NCBI RefSeq assembly: GCF_902459465.1
Contig: NC_047068.1
Span: 8,990,001 to 9,054,000, forward strand
Direction: 5' to 3'
Source: Asterias rubens
Taxonomy: Eukaryota
Length of the DNA stretch: 64,000 nt
Below are positions 26,791-36,497 of this stretch, in pieces. The position numbers were made by a program, and so were the translations under genes. How positions within the stretch are numbered: the stretch's first letter is position 1; each line of letters starts with the position of its first letter. The notes beneath the pieces are model-generated. The model made no database searches, had not been told where the DNA came from, and saw nothing but the letters and a program-made list of their open reading frames with translations.

Positions 26791-27534
26791 TCAAAGGTTA
26801 AAGTAGACACAACCTTCGACGTCATGGGAATCGGTCTGATCATTCTCAAGACGAGTGACGTCATTGAGCTGACATTTCTTCTCTTTCTCGCTTCTCTGCC
26901 AAACATTAAAGGAGCAGCATCGAGGATCTGATGTACACGCCCAGCCACAAGCAATCACACCCTCTACGGCCAGGTTGTCGATGACGTGATTGAGGGGGCA
27001 GTATTGAGAGACGCGCCCATCGGGACCTATCAGGGTGTGGTAAACTGGCACGGTAGGGACCGGCATCTCACATACGGCTTCTTTATAAAATGTGGTATCG
27101 ACATATTTGCAACTTACGTCATCAGACCAAGCTCCACCTTTGAATATAGTCATTCGGGCACAGTTCAACCCTGCGTCGCTGTGAGGCTGGTTCGGATACC
27201 AGTTGGTGAATTTTGCAGGCTGACCTCCACACAGCCAAACTCCTTCTTGAGCAGCATCTGTGCAGCCGATCCACATACCGCCATTCCCTTTCACTGCCCA
27301 CTCGAAGATGAAGTCGTTTTCTTCTCTTGAATCAGGTACTACGAGGTTGCTCCCTGGTCGCTTGCATATCGCCTCGGCTTGCATCCAGTTCATCTTCTCA
27401 GGGAGTAAGATGTAGCAAGACTGACGCCATTTTACCCAGCCAGTTGGACAAGAGGAGAGGACGATAACAATGCTTTGCATTGTCATCAATATCAAGAGAT
27501 GGAACAGAATGGAGTTCATGCTTTGAAGAAACAT
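26791..27534 (-). CDS. L7: CTLD-PAN lectin, L6 scaffold carrying cassette A
   Basis: Intact ORF. Matches L6 outside about 27030-27273 and matches L3 inside that interval. Confidence 0.9.
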   Translation of the reverse strand: MFLQSMNSILFHLLILMTMQSIVIVLSSCPTGWVKWRQSCYILLPEKMNWMQAEAICKRPGSNLVVPDSREENDFIFEWAVKGNGGMWIGCTDAAQEGVWLCGGQPAKFTNWYPNQPHSDAGLNCARMTIFKGGAWSDDVSCKYVDTTFYKEAVCEMPVPTVPVYHTLIGPDGRVSQYCPLNHVIDNLAVEGVIACGWACTSDPRCCSFNVWQRSEKEKKCQLNDVTRLENDQTDSHDVEGCVYFNL

Positions 27535-29360
27535 TGTAATCACACGCCACAGTAACTCTGGTTTCATTTGAAACATAAACTGACACATCTGTCTTTCACC
27601 AATCATGGATTGAACATGCAATCAACAGTGGATACACCACAAGTATACAGCCAATAGTGTGTGTCCTATCGTCACCTTCACCGATTTCAACCGCTTCTGT
27701 CAAATCATCTAAAATTAATAACTGTTTTTGTTTTAAGTGCTCTGAGTGTCTCTTACAAGTTTACTAAAATAATGAGCCTAATGGATTCGAAGCCAGAAAG
27801 CATAATTTATTCATTTTTTGAAAAAGGATGACTATACAAATAATGGATGCATCTGCATTAGAGAATTATCACAGCAATATATAATCCTAAGGTAGATATT
27901 GTTTTCTTTGTTTCATAAATAAATAAGGGAATACAAGGGTAGCGACGAGTTCTTACACTACCGTTTAAACCGGCAGGGTCGTGGCCGTGCGATGAAGGCT
28001 CGAGCCGAAGGTTTTAAACTACAAGGTTTTAAACGACAAGGTTAAACGGCAGTTTAAGAACGAGTCACTGCTCTTCTATTCCCATGCATAAATGCCTTTT
28101 TGGTTAAAAGGAGTAATGAAGTAAAACAAAAATGTACTCCCATAAATGGCCGACCATGTTAGTCGACGAGGTAAAAAGAAAACTGTGCAATTTCGAGGCA
28201 TGTTTATGTGGATCATTGTATTCTACTTTTACAGCATCTTTCCAACCATGTGCATTTATTAACAAACGGTTACAAACGCTTTTCAAAGATCAACTCGACC
28301 GATCCGAGGCAACGTGTTCCTTTAAATGCAAAAGAGTGAAAAACAAAACACTCATAGAAGAACAACAGTGTTTAAGCACTCTTCAATTAACAGTCGCAAC
28401 AACAGTCAGGCGGTTGCAATACTAATGGGAATATTCAGCAACACACCGAGAACATTGATTCACTTTCTACATGATATTTTTTTTTTTGTCAACGCAACTT
28501 GTAGGTTAAGTTACAAGGAAAGAAATATTACAGTCACAAGTGAAAAGTTAAGCTGTGAACGTCATTATACTTATTGAGATATCAGGAAGATATCATAAAG
28601 ATATTGAATAAAGAAAGTAAGCCTGGTCTCAAAAAGTCGTGCTGTTCATTGGCCTCCCTTTGTCTGAGATCCTGACGTAAATACGAGACAACACACATGA
28701 AAGTGAGTCTGGAGCTTTTTTGTACATTCTCTATAATAAACTGCGTGGTTTTGTTTTCATTACACGTCAAAGCAATGTAGGTTGAAACCCAATGTTAAAA
28801 AGAAAACCAATTCACGCGACTCGTGCTATAGACATGTAAAATCCCCCTAAAATACAGTACAAAAAGATACTAACCTTTCTCTAATATCAAGAATCATTGT
28901 TAGTGAATGAAAATGAAATGCTTTCATAAGAATCACCTGCTTAGCACATGGAAATCTTGCTTAATAGTAAAAACAGGTCACGGTGAAGAACGGCTCTCCT
29001 TTGAAGTGATATAGTTTTCGAGAAAGAAGTAATTCTCTACGAATTTGATTTCGAGACCTCAAGTTTAGAACTTGAGGTCTTGAAATCAAGCACCTGAAAG
29101 CACACAACTTCGTGTGACCAGGGTGTTTTTTCTTTGATTAATATCTCGCAACTTCGATGACCAATTGAGCTCAAATGTTCACAGGTTGGTTATTTTATGC
29201 AAATGTTGAGATACATCAAGTGAGAAGACTTGTCGTTGACAATTACCAATAGTGTCCAGCGTCTTTAATGTCCCATCCAAAGGACAAAGCAATTATGGTT
29301 TAGTATCTTGCTCAATGAAACAAGTTCCAGACAAGGACTCAAACCTATAATATATATATA

Positions 29361-29426
29361 TAGCTCAGTTGGTAGAGCGCCGGCACGTTAAACCGGAGGT
29401 CGTTGGTTCAAATCCCGTTCTAGTCA
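29361..29426 (+). mobile_element. tRNA-like segment of a (TA)n-associated non-autonomous element (5'-clipped)
   Basis: TAGCTCAGTTGGTAGAGC...GGTTCAAATCC with A and B boxes, abutting (TA)n. The acceptor 5' strand is missing. Confidence 0.7.
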
Positions 29427-29606
29427 ATTTTTCTTTGTTCAATCCTAAATCATTTAAAAATGTACCCAGTCAGTTTCCCTTGTGGTTTATTATTTGATAT
29501 ATATATATATATTATATATCAAATAATAAACCACAAGGGAAACTGACTATATAATATATATATATATATATACTAACCTTTCTCTAATATCAAGAATCAT
29601 TGTCAG

Positions 29607-31184
29607 ATACACAAGCCCAATAACCCGGGGAGACCTATTGTATCTGGGAATGGTAGCCCCACAGAGCGCATTTCTGAGTTTGTCGATAGCTTCCTCAAAC
29701 CCTTAGTCTGCCGTATTCCTTCCTTCATCAAGGATACCAAAGACTTTCTCCACAAACTAGATGAGGTCAAGCACCAAATACCTGACTCTGCTATTTTGGT
29801 TACTTTTGATGTTTCATCACTGTATACTAACATACCCCATCATGAAGGCATGAGTGCATGTGTCTCTGCCCTCAATGCTAGTAATCAGTCCCGCCCCTCA
29901 GTGAGTCATATTAAGGAACTCATGAGCCACATTCTAATGAAGAATAATTTCACATTTTCTGACAGGCATTTTCTACAGGTACAGGGTACTGCCATGGGTA
30001 CCAAAATGGCACCCTCATATGCTAACCTATTCATGTCTCAGTTGGAGGACAGACTCCTGTCCTCCGCCCCCAACCGACCACTAGTTTGGTGGAGATTTAT
30101 TGATGATATTTTCTCCATCTGGTGTGGTGACCAAGACAGCTTGGATGAGTTTATTGACCATATCAACTCATTTCACCCCACCATAAAGTTCACTACCGAA
30201 CAATCTCTCACCAGTGTGAACTTTCTAGATGTGACAATAACCAAGTCTCCTAATGGCCTTGTCACAGATGTTTACAGTAAACCCACCGACACCCACCAGT
30301 ACCTTCTCTCCAATAGCTGTCACCCTAGTCACTGTAAGAAGGCAATTGCTTACAGTCAGGCCTTACGTATCAGGCGTATCTGTTCCACAGATACCCTGTA
30401 CAAGAGGCGCTCATCAGAGCTAAGGAAACACCTTGTATCTAGGGGACACAGCGAACGTAGGGTCCAACTTGCTATCAACAGGGCTCTCAACGTACCTCGT
30501 CATACTCTGTTGACTAACACGGGAGCTAAAAAAGCTCCTACCAATAGAGTTGCTTTGGTCACCACTTTCCACCCCAAACTACCCAAACTTCCCTCAATTC
30601 TCAATAATAACATGCCTATACTTCACTCCTCCAGCAGGTTACACTCAGCAATCACTGAGGTTCCCATGGTTGCATTCCGCCGCCCTAAGAACCTTGGTGA
30701 CATACTAGTCAGGGCCAAACTTCCCCCAGGTACAGTCCAAACACAACCCCCGACAGATATACTGGGCTGTCACAAATGTACCCGTTCCAAATGCAAAACG
30801 TGTCTGCACATTAAGCCCTCACTTAAGGTGAAGAGTCATACCACTGGCTCTTCATACAACATCAAGACCGACTCTGAATGCAGCACGTCTAATGTAGTCT
30901 ATGTCATATCATGTAAGAGATGTGGGCTACAATATGTGGGAGAGACTAAGACCAAACTTAGTCTTCGCTTTGCGAATCATGTCTCTTCCATAAAGACTAA
31001 GAAACCGTACCCAGTCTCTATCCACTTCAACAGCCCCAATCATAGTGTCATTGATGTTGAACTTCTGGTGATTGAAGCTTGCAATGGTGATGACACACAC
31101 CGCAAGAATAGAGAATCACACTGGATTCACCAACTCAAGACAGTCAAACCCTTTGGACTTAACATAAACACTGGTGTTAAATAA
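29607..31184 (+). CDS. 5'-truncated Penelope-like element ORF: reverse transcriptase + GIY-YIG endonuclease (Neptune-like)
   Basis: The frame is open from IHKPNNPGRPIVSG at 29607 (63 codons before the track start). It contains TFDVSSLYTNIP, QVQGTAMGTKMAPSYANLF, WWRFIDD, VNFLDV, YSKPTDTHQYL, a CxxC-x4-CxxC linker, and NVVYVISCKRCGLQYVGET...RFANH...HFN...E..WI. No ATG or N-terminus is present. Confidence 0.93.
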   Translation: MHKPNNPGRPIVSGNGSPTERISEFVDSFLKPLVCRIPSFIKDTKDFLHKLDEVKHQIPDSAILVTFDVSSLYTNIPHHEGMSACVSALNASNQSRPSVSHIKELMSHILMKNNFTFSDRHFLQVQGTAMGTKMAPSYANLFMSQLEDRLLSSAPNRPLVWWRFIDDIFSIWCGDQDSLDEFIDHINSFHPTIKFTTEQSLTSVNFLDVTITKSPNGLVTDVYSKPTDTHQYLLSNSCHPSHCKKAIAYSQALRIRRICSTDTLYKRRSSELRKHLVSRGHSERRVQLAINRALNVPRHTLLTNTGAKKAPTNRVALVTTFHPKLPKLPSILNNNMPILHSSSRLHSAITEVPMVAFRRPKNLGDILVRAKLPPGTVQTQPPTDILGCHKCTRSKCKTCLHIKPSLKVKSHTTGSSYNIKTDSECSTSNVVYVISCKRCGLQYVGETKTKLSLRFANHVSSIKTKKPYPVSIHFNSPNHSVIDVELLVIEACNGDDTHRKNRESHWIHQLKTVKPFGLNINTGVK

Positions 31185-31698
31185 CTTCTCATTACCCTCC
31201 ACTTCACTTCTGCCTAAGAACTTATATGTTGTATATATTCTGTACATAAAGTATAAATTAACCTAGTTTAAAGTTGTTTTTATAAATTCATCACTGTAAC
31301 TATCTGATGTAAGTAACCCCCCCCCCCCCTTTTTCCACAGGTCCCTCATACCTATTTTTAAAAATCATCATACCTTTGATCTTGCTATTCTTATTAATTG
31401 ACCATTGTTAGTTGCATCATGATGCAACTTGCTCTCTAATCCTACCCTTTCATGTCTCCCTGCATTGTTGTCGAACAATACTTTTACCACTTTTATGGTC
31501 CAGTAACCCTTCCTTTCATTCTAAACATCCTTTGTCCTCGCCACTCCACTCCTATTGGTTCATAGCCACCAATATTGTTTCTGAAATAGGAACTTTGATT
31601 GGCTGTTATTTTCCCGCTTCTTTCTGGATCCTTTCCTTAATCCCTTTCCCCCTCTCTTTTTCTATAAATGGATATGTATTTGTTTGTACTTGTTTTAT

Positions 31699-31737
31699 GC
31701 CTCTGAAGAAGGTCCGGATTGGATCGAAAGCTAAGGC
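31699..31737 (+). ncRNA. Minimal type I hammerhead ribozyme
   Basis: GCCT (stem I) - CTGAAGA-A core - GGTCC/GGATT/GGATC (stem II, one G-U pair) - GAAA - GCTA (palindromic AGCT in place of helix III; C-U-A cleavage triplet) - AGGC (stem I partner). Matches the minimal hammerheads described in Penelope-like elements. Confidence 0.85.
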
Positions 31738-31777
31738 CATCTACCCTATTCATTATATACATATATATATATATATA

Positions 31778-32168
31778 ATATCAAATAATAAACCACAAGG
31801 GAAACTGACTGGGAACATTTGTTTTAAATGATTTTGGATTGAACAAAGAAAATTGACTAGAGCGGGATTTGAACCAACGACCTCCGGTTTAACGTGCCGG
31901 CGCTCTACCAACTGAGCTATCTAGCCCTATGTTGGTGGTCTCCCAATTTTGTCAATATCTTTGTTCGGGGGTGCCTGTCAGAAGCCATTAAACCGCAAAC
32001 TGCCGTGTAGCCAGGGATCACACCCGGGTAAAGATACAACCTGGGAAGCGGCAGACAGGGGATCACCTTAAGGGGATGCGACTTTTTTATATCAGATATC
32101 AAATAATAAACCACAAGGGAAACTGACTGGGAACATTTGTTTTAAATGATTTTGGATTGAACAAAGAA
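31778..32168 (-). mobile_element. 391-bp non-autonomous element with 73-bp terminal direct repeats and an internal tRNA cloverleaf
   Basis: Identical 73-bp repeats at 31778-31850 and 32096-32168. A 73-nt tRNA-like sequence lies at 31926-31854. Flanked by (TA)n. Confidence 0.75.
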
Positions 32169-32730
32169 TATATATATATTTTTTTTTGGGGGGGGTTAAA
32201 CAAAATTGGATTTCATTATCATCAAACGGTGTAAGTTTAATGTAAATCTGTGGACATTGTGTTTTGTGTTACAAAAAGTACCCAAACAGCCAATATTCCA
32301 TAAAGTTTTCATTATTGCGACTGGTGCTCCACTCGTTTTGTCCTAAGTAAAACAATGTTTCAAGTTTTTTTTCTGCTAAACAGCTTTATAAAAAACTGTG
32401 CAATACTGATCACATTTGCTGATCCGATTCATCCAGAGCAGGATTGTTCCAGTTCACAAGGATCGACCGGGTGGTAATCAGCCAATGGGGCCTACATTAA
32501 TTTGAAGACGTTTGTCTCATAAAATTGATTCATTACGTCTCTTACATTAACATAATGCTTCGGTTAGTCTGGATTTACTTTTAAACCGTCAATTTTGTTT
32601 CGAACTGCCGCAATCGAACGCACTACTGTGAATGAGTGTCAGTTCATGTCAGTCTTTGGCGGTGATTAGACTGCATCAAACAACAACAAAGCAGAAGTTT
32701 CCAAAATATATGATTTGCTGATTTAAATAC

Positions 32731-33499
32731 TCAAAGGTTAAAGTAGACACAACCCTCGACGTCATGGGAATCGGTCTGATCATTCTCAAGACGAGTGACG
32801 TCATTGAGCTGACATTTCTTCTCTTTCTCGCTTCTCTGCCAAACATTAAAGGAGCGGCATCGAGGATCTGATGTACACGCCCAGCCACAAGCAACCACAC
32901 CCTCTACGGCCAGGTTGTCGATGACGTGTTTGATGGGGCAGTATTGAGAGACACGCCCATTGTGATCAATCTGGGTGTGGTAAACTGGCACGGTAGGGAC
33001 CGGCATTTCACATACGGCTTCTTTAGTAAATGTGGTATCGACATTGCAACTTACGTCATCAGACCAAGCTCCACCGTTGTATATAGTCATTCGGGGTCAG
33101 TTCAACCCTGCGTCGCTGTGAGGATGGTTCGGATACCAGTTGGTAAATTTTGCAGGCTGACCTCCACACAGCCAAACTCCTTCTTGAGCAGCATCTGTGC
33201 AGCCGATCCACATACCAACGCTCCCTTTCACTGCCCACTCGAAGATGAAGTCGTTTTCTTCTCTTGAATCAGGCACTATGATGTTGCTCCCTGGGCGCTT
33301 GCACGCCGCCTCGGCTTGCATCCAGTTCATATTATTCTCAGTGAGTAAGATGTAGCAAGACTGACGCCATTTTACCCAGCCAGAACAAGGACAAGAGGAG
33401 AGGACAAGAGGAGAGGACGATAACAATGCTTTGTATTGTCATCAATATCAAGAGATGAAACAGAGTGGTATTCATTCTTTGATAAAATAAAAACACCAT
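32731..33499 (-). pseudogene. L8: full-length CTLD-PAN pseudogene with a cassette A variant
   Basis: A 13-bp tandem duplication GGACAAGAGGAGA (33389-33414) frameshifts just after the leader. There is also an in-frame TGA at 33099-33097 replacing the NCAR cysteine. Confidence 0.9.
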
Positions 33500-33989
33500 C
33501 TTGCTGCACAGCAAAACACAGTGTCTTACCTCGTCTTTATCAACACATGGGTTACCACATAATGCAGATGTACTATTAGCCTCGCCAAAACAACGTGCTC
33601 GTTATCAAAGGATAGTATGCAAAATGAACTGAGTGTTCTGTGGCCGTCGTCACAATTGACAATTTCGGAATTGGTTTGTAATTAGCAAACAATTGCAAAT
33701 TTACCCTTTATTCAGTATCTTAGCCAGCAGTCAAACGGTAGCAATTTCAAAGGCCAAAGTGTTTTTTGTAATTACAAACAATTGCAAATTACGCAAATTA
33801 AGCATACAGATTGTAGCTATTGTTCAATATTTGTTTCCTGGTGACGCATGTGTATAGCTAACAGTCAAACGGTAGTAAAAGCAAAGGGCATGGGAATACC
33901 ACAACAACAACGAGGGAGTTTGAAAACCCATGCGATATGTCACCATTAAAGGGCACTGTCGTTGAAAACAACGTATAGTGTGCGACCAG

Positions 33990-34229
33990 GGCCCAATTTC
34001 ATAAAGCTGCTAAGCACACAAATTTTCTTAGCATGAATTTCTTTCCTTGATACAGACAGGATTACCAACAAAAATTCAATTGATTGTATATTTCTTGTTA
34101 CTGGTATTAAGCTGTTGTTTGCTTATCCTGAAAATCATGTGGAAATTTGATTGCTAATCCCGTTTTTAAAAGGAAGACATTTCATGCAAAGCATTTTTTT
34201 TGTGCTTAGCAGCTCTATGAAATTGGGCC
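33990..34229. mobile_element. MITE with GGCCCAATTTCAT TIRs and CAG TSD (Harbinger-like)
   Basis: CAG|GGCCCAATTTCATAAAGCTGCTAAGCAC...GTGCTTAGCAGCTCTATGAAATTGGGCC|CAG. Confidence 0.75.
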
Positions 34230-34373
34230 CAGATGGTTTCTTAAATATTCATATAACTTAATTGTGAGACGACTATAATCATCCTTATACTAGCAGCTAT
34301 GAAACTAGCCTGTATATCTGACGTCACACTTCGAGGCTCGTGAAGAAATTAACGCCAGAGACCGTCCATCCAG

Positions 34374-34622
34374 GGCCCAATTTCATGTCTCTGCTTACCG
34401 TAAGCACAGAATCAGCGCTTACGGAAGCAGGGAATTCTGTGCTTACGGCAAGCCTATTTCACGGGTTAGCGGCAAATGTTGGCGTCTGCCCGTGCGTACT
34501 CCACGTTATATAGGCACTCTACGCTTACAAGACTAGCGCAGAAATTCGGCGCTTGCAAGTAAGCGGGGAATCGTGATCGTAAACGCAGATTTTGGCGGTA
34601 AGCAGAGCCATGGAATTGGGCC
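34374..34622. mobile_element. Second GGCCCAATTTCAT MITE with CAG TSD
   Basis: CAG|GGCCCAATTTCATG...CATGGAATTGGGCC|CAG. A related copy lies at about 59672-59870. Confidence 0.75.
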
Positions 34623-34667
34623 CAGGCTGCGTGTACATTCACCTTTGACCTACATTCATTTCACATA

Positions 34668-34820
34668 GGGTGCGTTCGTTTAGCTTCCCTGGGTCGACCC
34701 CAGTGTGTGATAGGTTTTTTTTCCCCAGGACGAACGTGTGCTTATAATTAGCCACGTTCGTCCTGGAAAAAACCCTACCACACACCGGGGTCGACCCAGT
34801 GAAGCTAAACGAACACACCC
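34668..34820. mobile_element. Near-perfect palindromic MITE (GGGTGCGTTCG family)
   Basis: The whole 153 bp folds back on itself and is flanked by ATA on both sides. Same TIRs as 49658-49899. Confidence 0.75.
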
Positions 34821-35783
34821 ATAGAGAAACCTTCTTCCTCCATGGAGATACGCAGTCAAATTCTACACAAACATGCAAGTACATGCACATGCACGTACTG
34901 GGTACATTACACACATACGTGGACACAGCTTGCAGACGACCAAAAGTAAGCTTTCCAGGTCTGTGTTTTGATTGGTCGTTCGAGGTGACTTCAGACCAAT
35001 CAAAACAAACCCAGCTACGGTAGCTTTTAGTCACTGCATTTATCCATTGGTATCATTGTATCCAATGGAATCACTTGATCTGAGTAGCGGGTACTTAATC
35101 CTTGCGGATAAAGACAGGGGCCCAGTCTGTCTACTATAAAACTTACGATAACAAAATTTGGGCTAAAAGACATTTATTCAAAAGGGGGCAATAGGGGAAC
35201 TGGAAATCTATGATTATGTAGGTTTCTCCAGAAATTAAGGTAATTTAAATTCATAGAATCATAGTAAAACTGTATCTTGGGGATATAGTTATAAACCAAG
35301 TTAGCTTGCGGTGAGTGGAATTGTTGATGTTGTGTTTTTTGGGGCTCCCATTAATATTGCTTAAGTGTGTGACCAAAACAAAATCCCATAGTTTATTGGA
35401 CATAGATATTCAAATTCACCAGACTCGCAGGCTCGTTAATTTTCCTATTAACGTCAGAAACCCTGAAATAGCAAACGCCAATGTAGAATGAGGGCATTTA
35501 AGACCACCGCTCAATATCACATGATGAAGATGACACTGCCTAAATCGATATGAGGAATATTAGTTTAAGAATAACTATCTGTTGATTGATTTTACACGAC
35601 CTTCCTTGTATAAGTGAATCAAAGAAACCTCCAAATTTGATAATTTGGATAATTGCAATAAAACATAGATCAATATTGTCATAAATGCTCAGAGTAGACA
35701 CGAAGCTCTTCCGAAGCAGAACAAAAACACTGGCAGGTCGACAGTATATGGAACCTTTTTAGGTTGTTAGCGAGAGAATAGTG

Positions 35784-36497
35784 ATGTTTCTTCGAAGCTT
35801 GAATATCATTCTGTTTCATCTCTTGATATTGATGACAATCGTCCTCTCCTCTTGCCCAACTGGCTGGGTAAAATGGCGTCAGTCTTGCTACATCTTACTC
35901 CCTGATAAGATGAACTGGATGCAAGCTGAGGCGGCATGCAAGCGACCAGGGAGCAACCTCATAGTGCCTGACTCAAGGGAAGAAAACGACTTCATCTTCA
36001 ATTGGTTAGCAACAGAAAATACAGGTTTGTGGATCGGCTGCACAGATGCTGCTCAAGAGGGAGTATGGTTGTGTGGAGGTCAGCCTGCAAGATTTACCGA
36101 CTGGAAAACAGACTTCCCGTTGGAAGACTCACGTTATAACTGTGCCCGAATGATGAAAAATGGACCTTGGTCTGATAACTTAAAATGCAATGGCACCGCA
36201 ACTAAAGCAGTCGTATGTGAGATGCCGGCCCCTTCCATGCCAGTTTACCACACCCTGCTAGGTCCCGATGGGCGTGTCTCTCAATACTGCCTCCTCCATC
36301 ACGTCATCGACAACCTGGCCGTAGAGGGTGTGATTGCTTGTGGCTGGGCGTGTACATCAGATCCTCGATGCCGCTCCTTTAATGTTTGGCAGAGCAGCAT
36401 GAAAGAGAAGAAATGTCAGCTCAATGACGTCACTCGTCTTGATAATGATCAGACCGATTCCCATGACATCGAAGGTTGTGTTTACTTTGAACTTTGA
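35784..36497 (+). CDS. L9: CTLD-PAN lectin, cassette B
   Basis: Intact ORF with ATG at 35784. The leader is about 5 aa shorter. WKTDFPLEDSRYNCARMMKNGPWSDNLKC cassette. Confidence 0.9.
   Translation: MFLRSLNIILFHLLILMTIVLSSCPTGWVKWRQSCYILLPDKMNWMQAEAACKRPGSNLIVPDSREENDFIFNWLATENTGLWIGCTDAAQEGVWLCGGQPARFTDWKTDFPLEDSRYNCARMMKNGPWSDNLKCNGTATKAVVCEMPAPSMPVYHTLLGPDGRVSQYCLLHHVIDNLAVEGVIACGWACTSDPRCRSFNVWQSSMKEKKCQLNDVTRLDNDQTDSHDIEGCVYFEL

Larger units (their letters stand above)
29607..31755 (+). mobile_element. Penelope-like retroelement body with 3' region, inserted among (TA)n tracts
   Basis: RT-EN ORF, about 570 bp of 3' sequence containing a hammerhead, and (TA)n on both sides. Confidence 0.85.

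Noticed and set aside
16180-27586. Recurrent overlapping ORFs (MSVYVSNETRV..., MVDWHGR..., MLVAGRVHQ...)
   Set aside because: These are alternative-frame or antisense shadows of the lectin CDSs, mostly with GTG/TTG starts. They recur only because the genes are duplicated.
5560-28425. Repeated short ORFs such as NKRLQTLFKDQLDR, MSLSKTLNHCF, CAFRCLILRPQ and MITETKLIF
   Set aside because: They lie wholly within MITE or SINE copies and have no domain signature.
31854-31926. Genuine tRNA-Asn(GTT) gene
   Set aside because: It has C instead of U at position 33, mismatches in the anticodon and T stems, and is embedded in a repeated mobile unit; treated as element-derived.
33097-33099. In-frame TGA at a conserved Cys in L8 as selenocysteine
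   Set aside because: The same copy has an upstream 13-bp frameshifting duplication, the adjacent codon is also mutated, the Cys is a structural disulfide residue, and I saw no SECIS.
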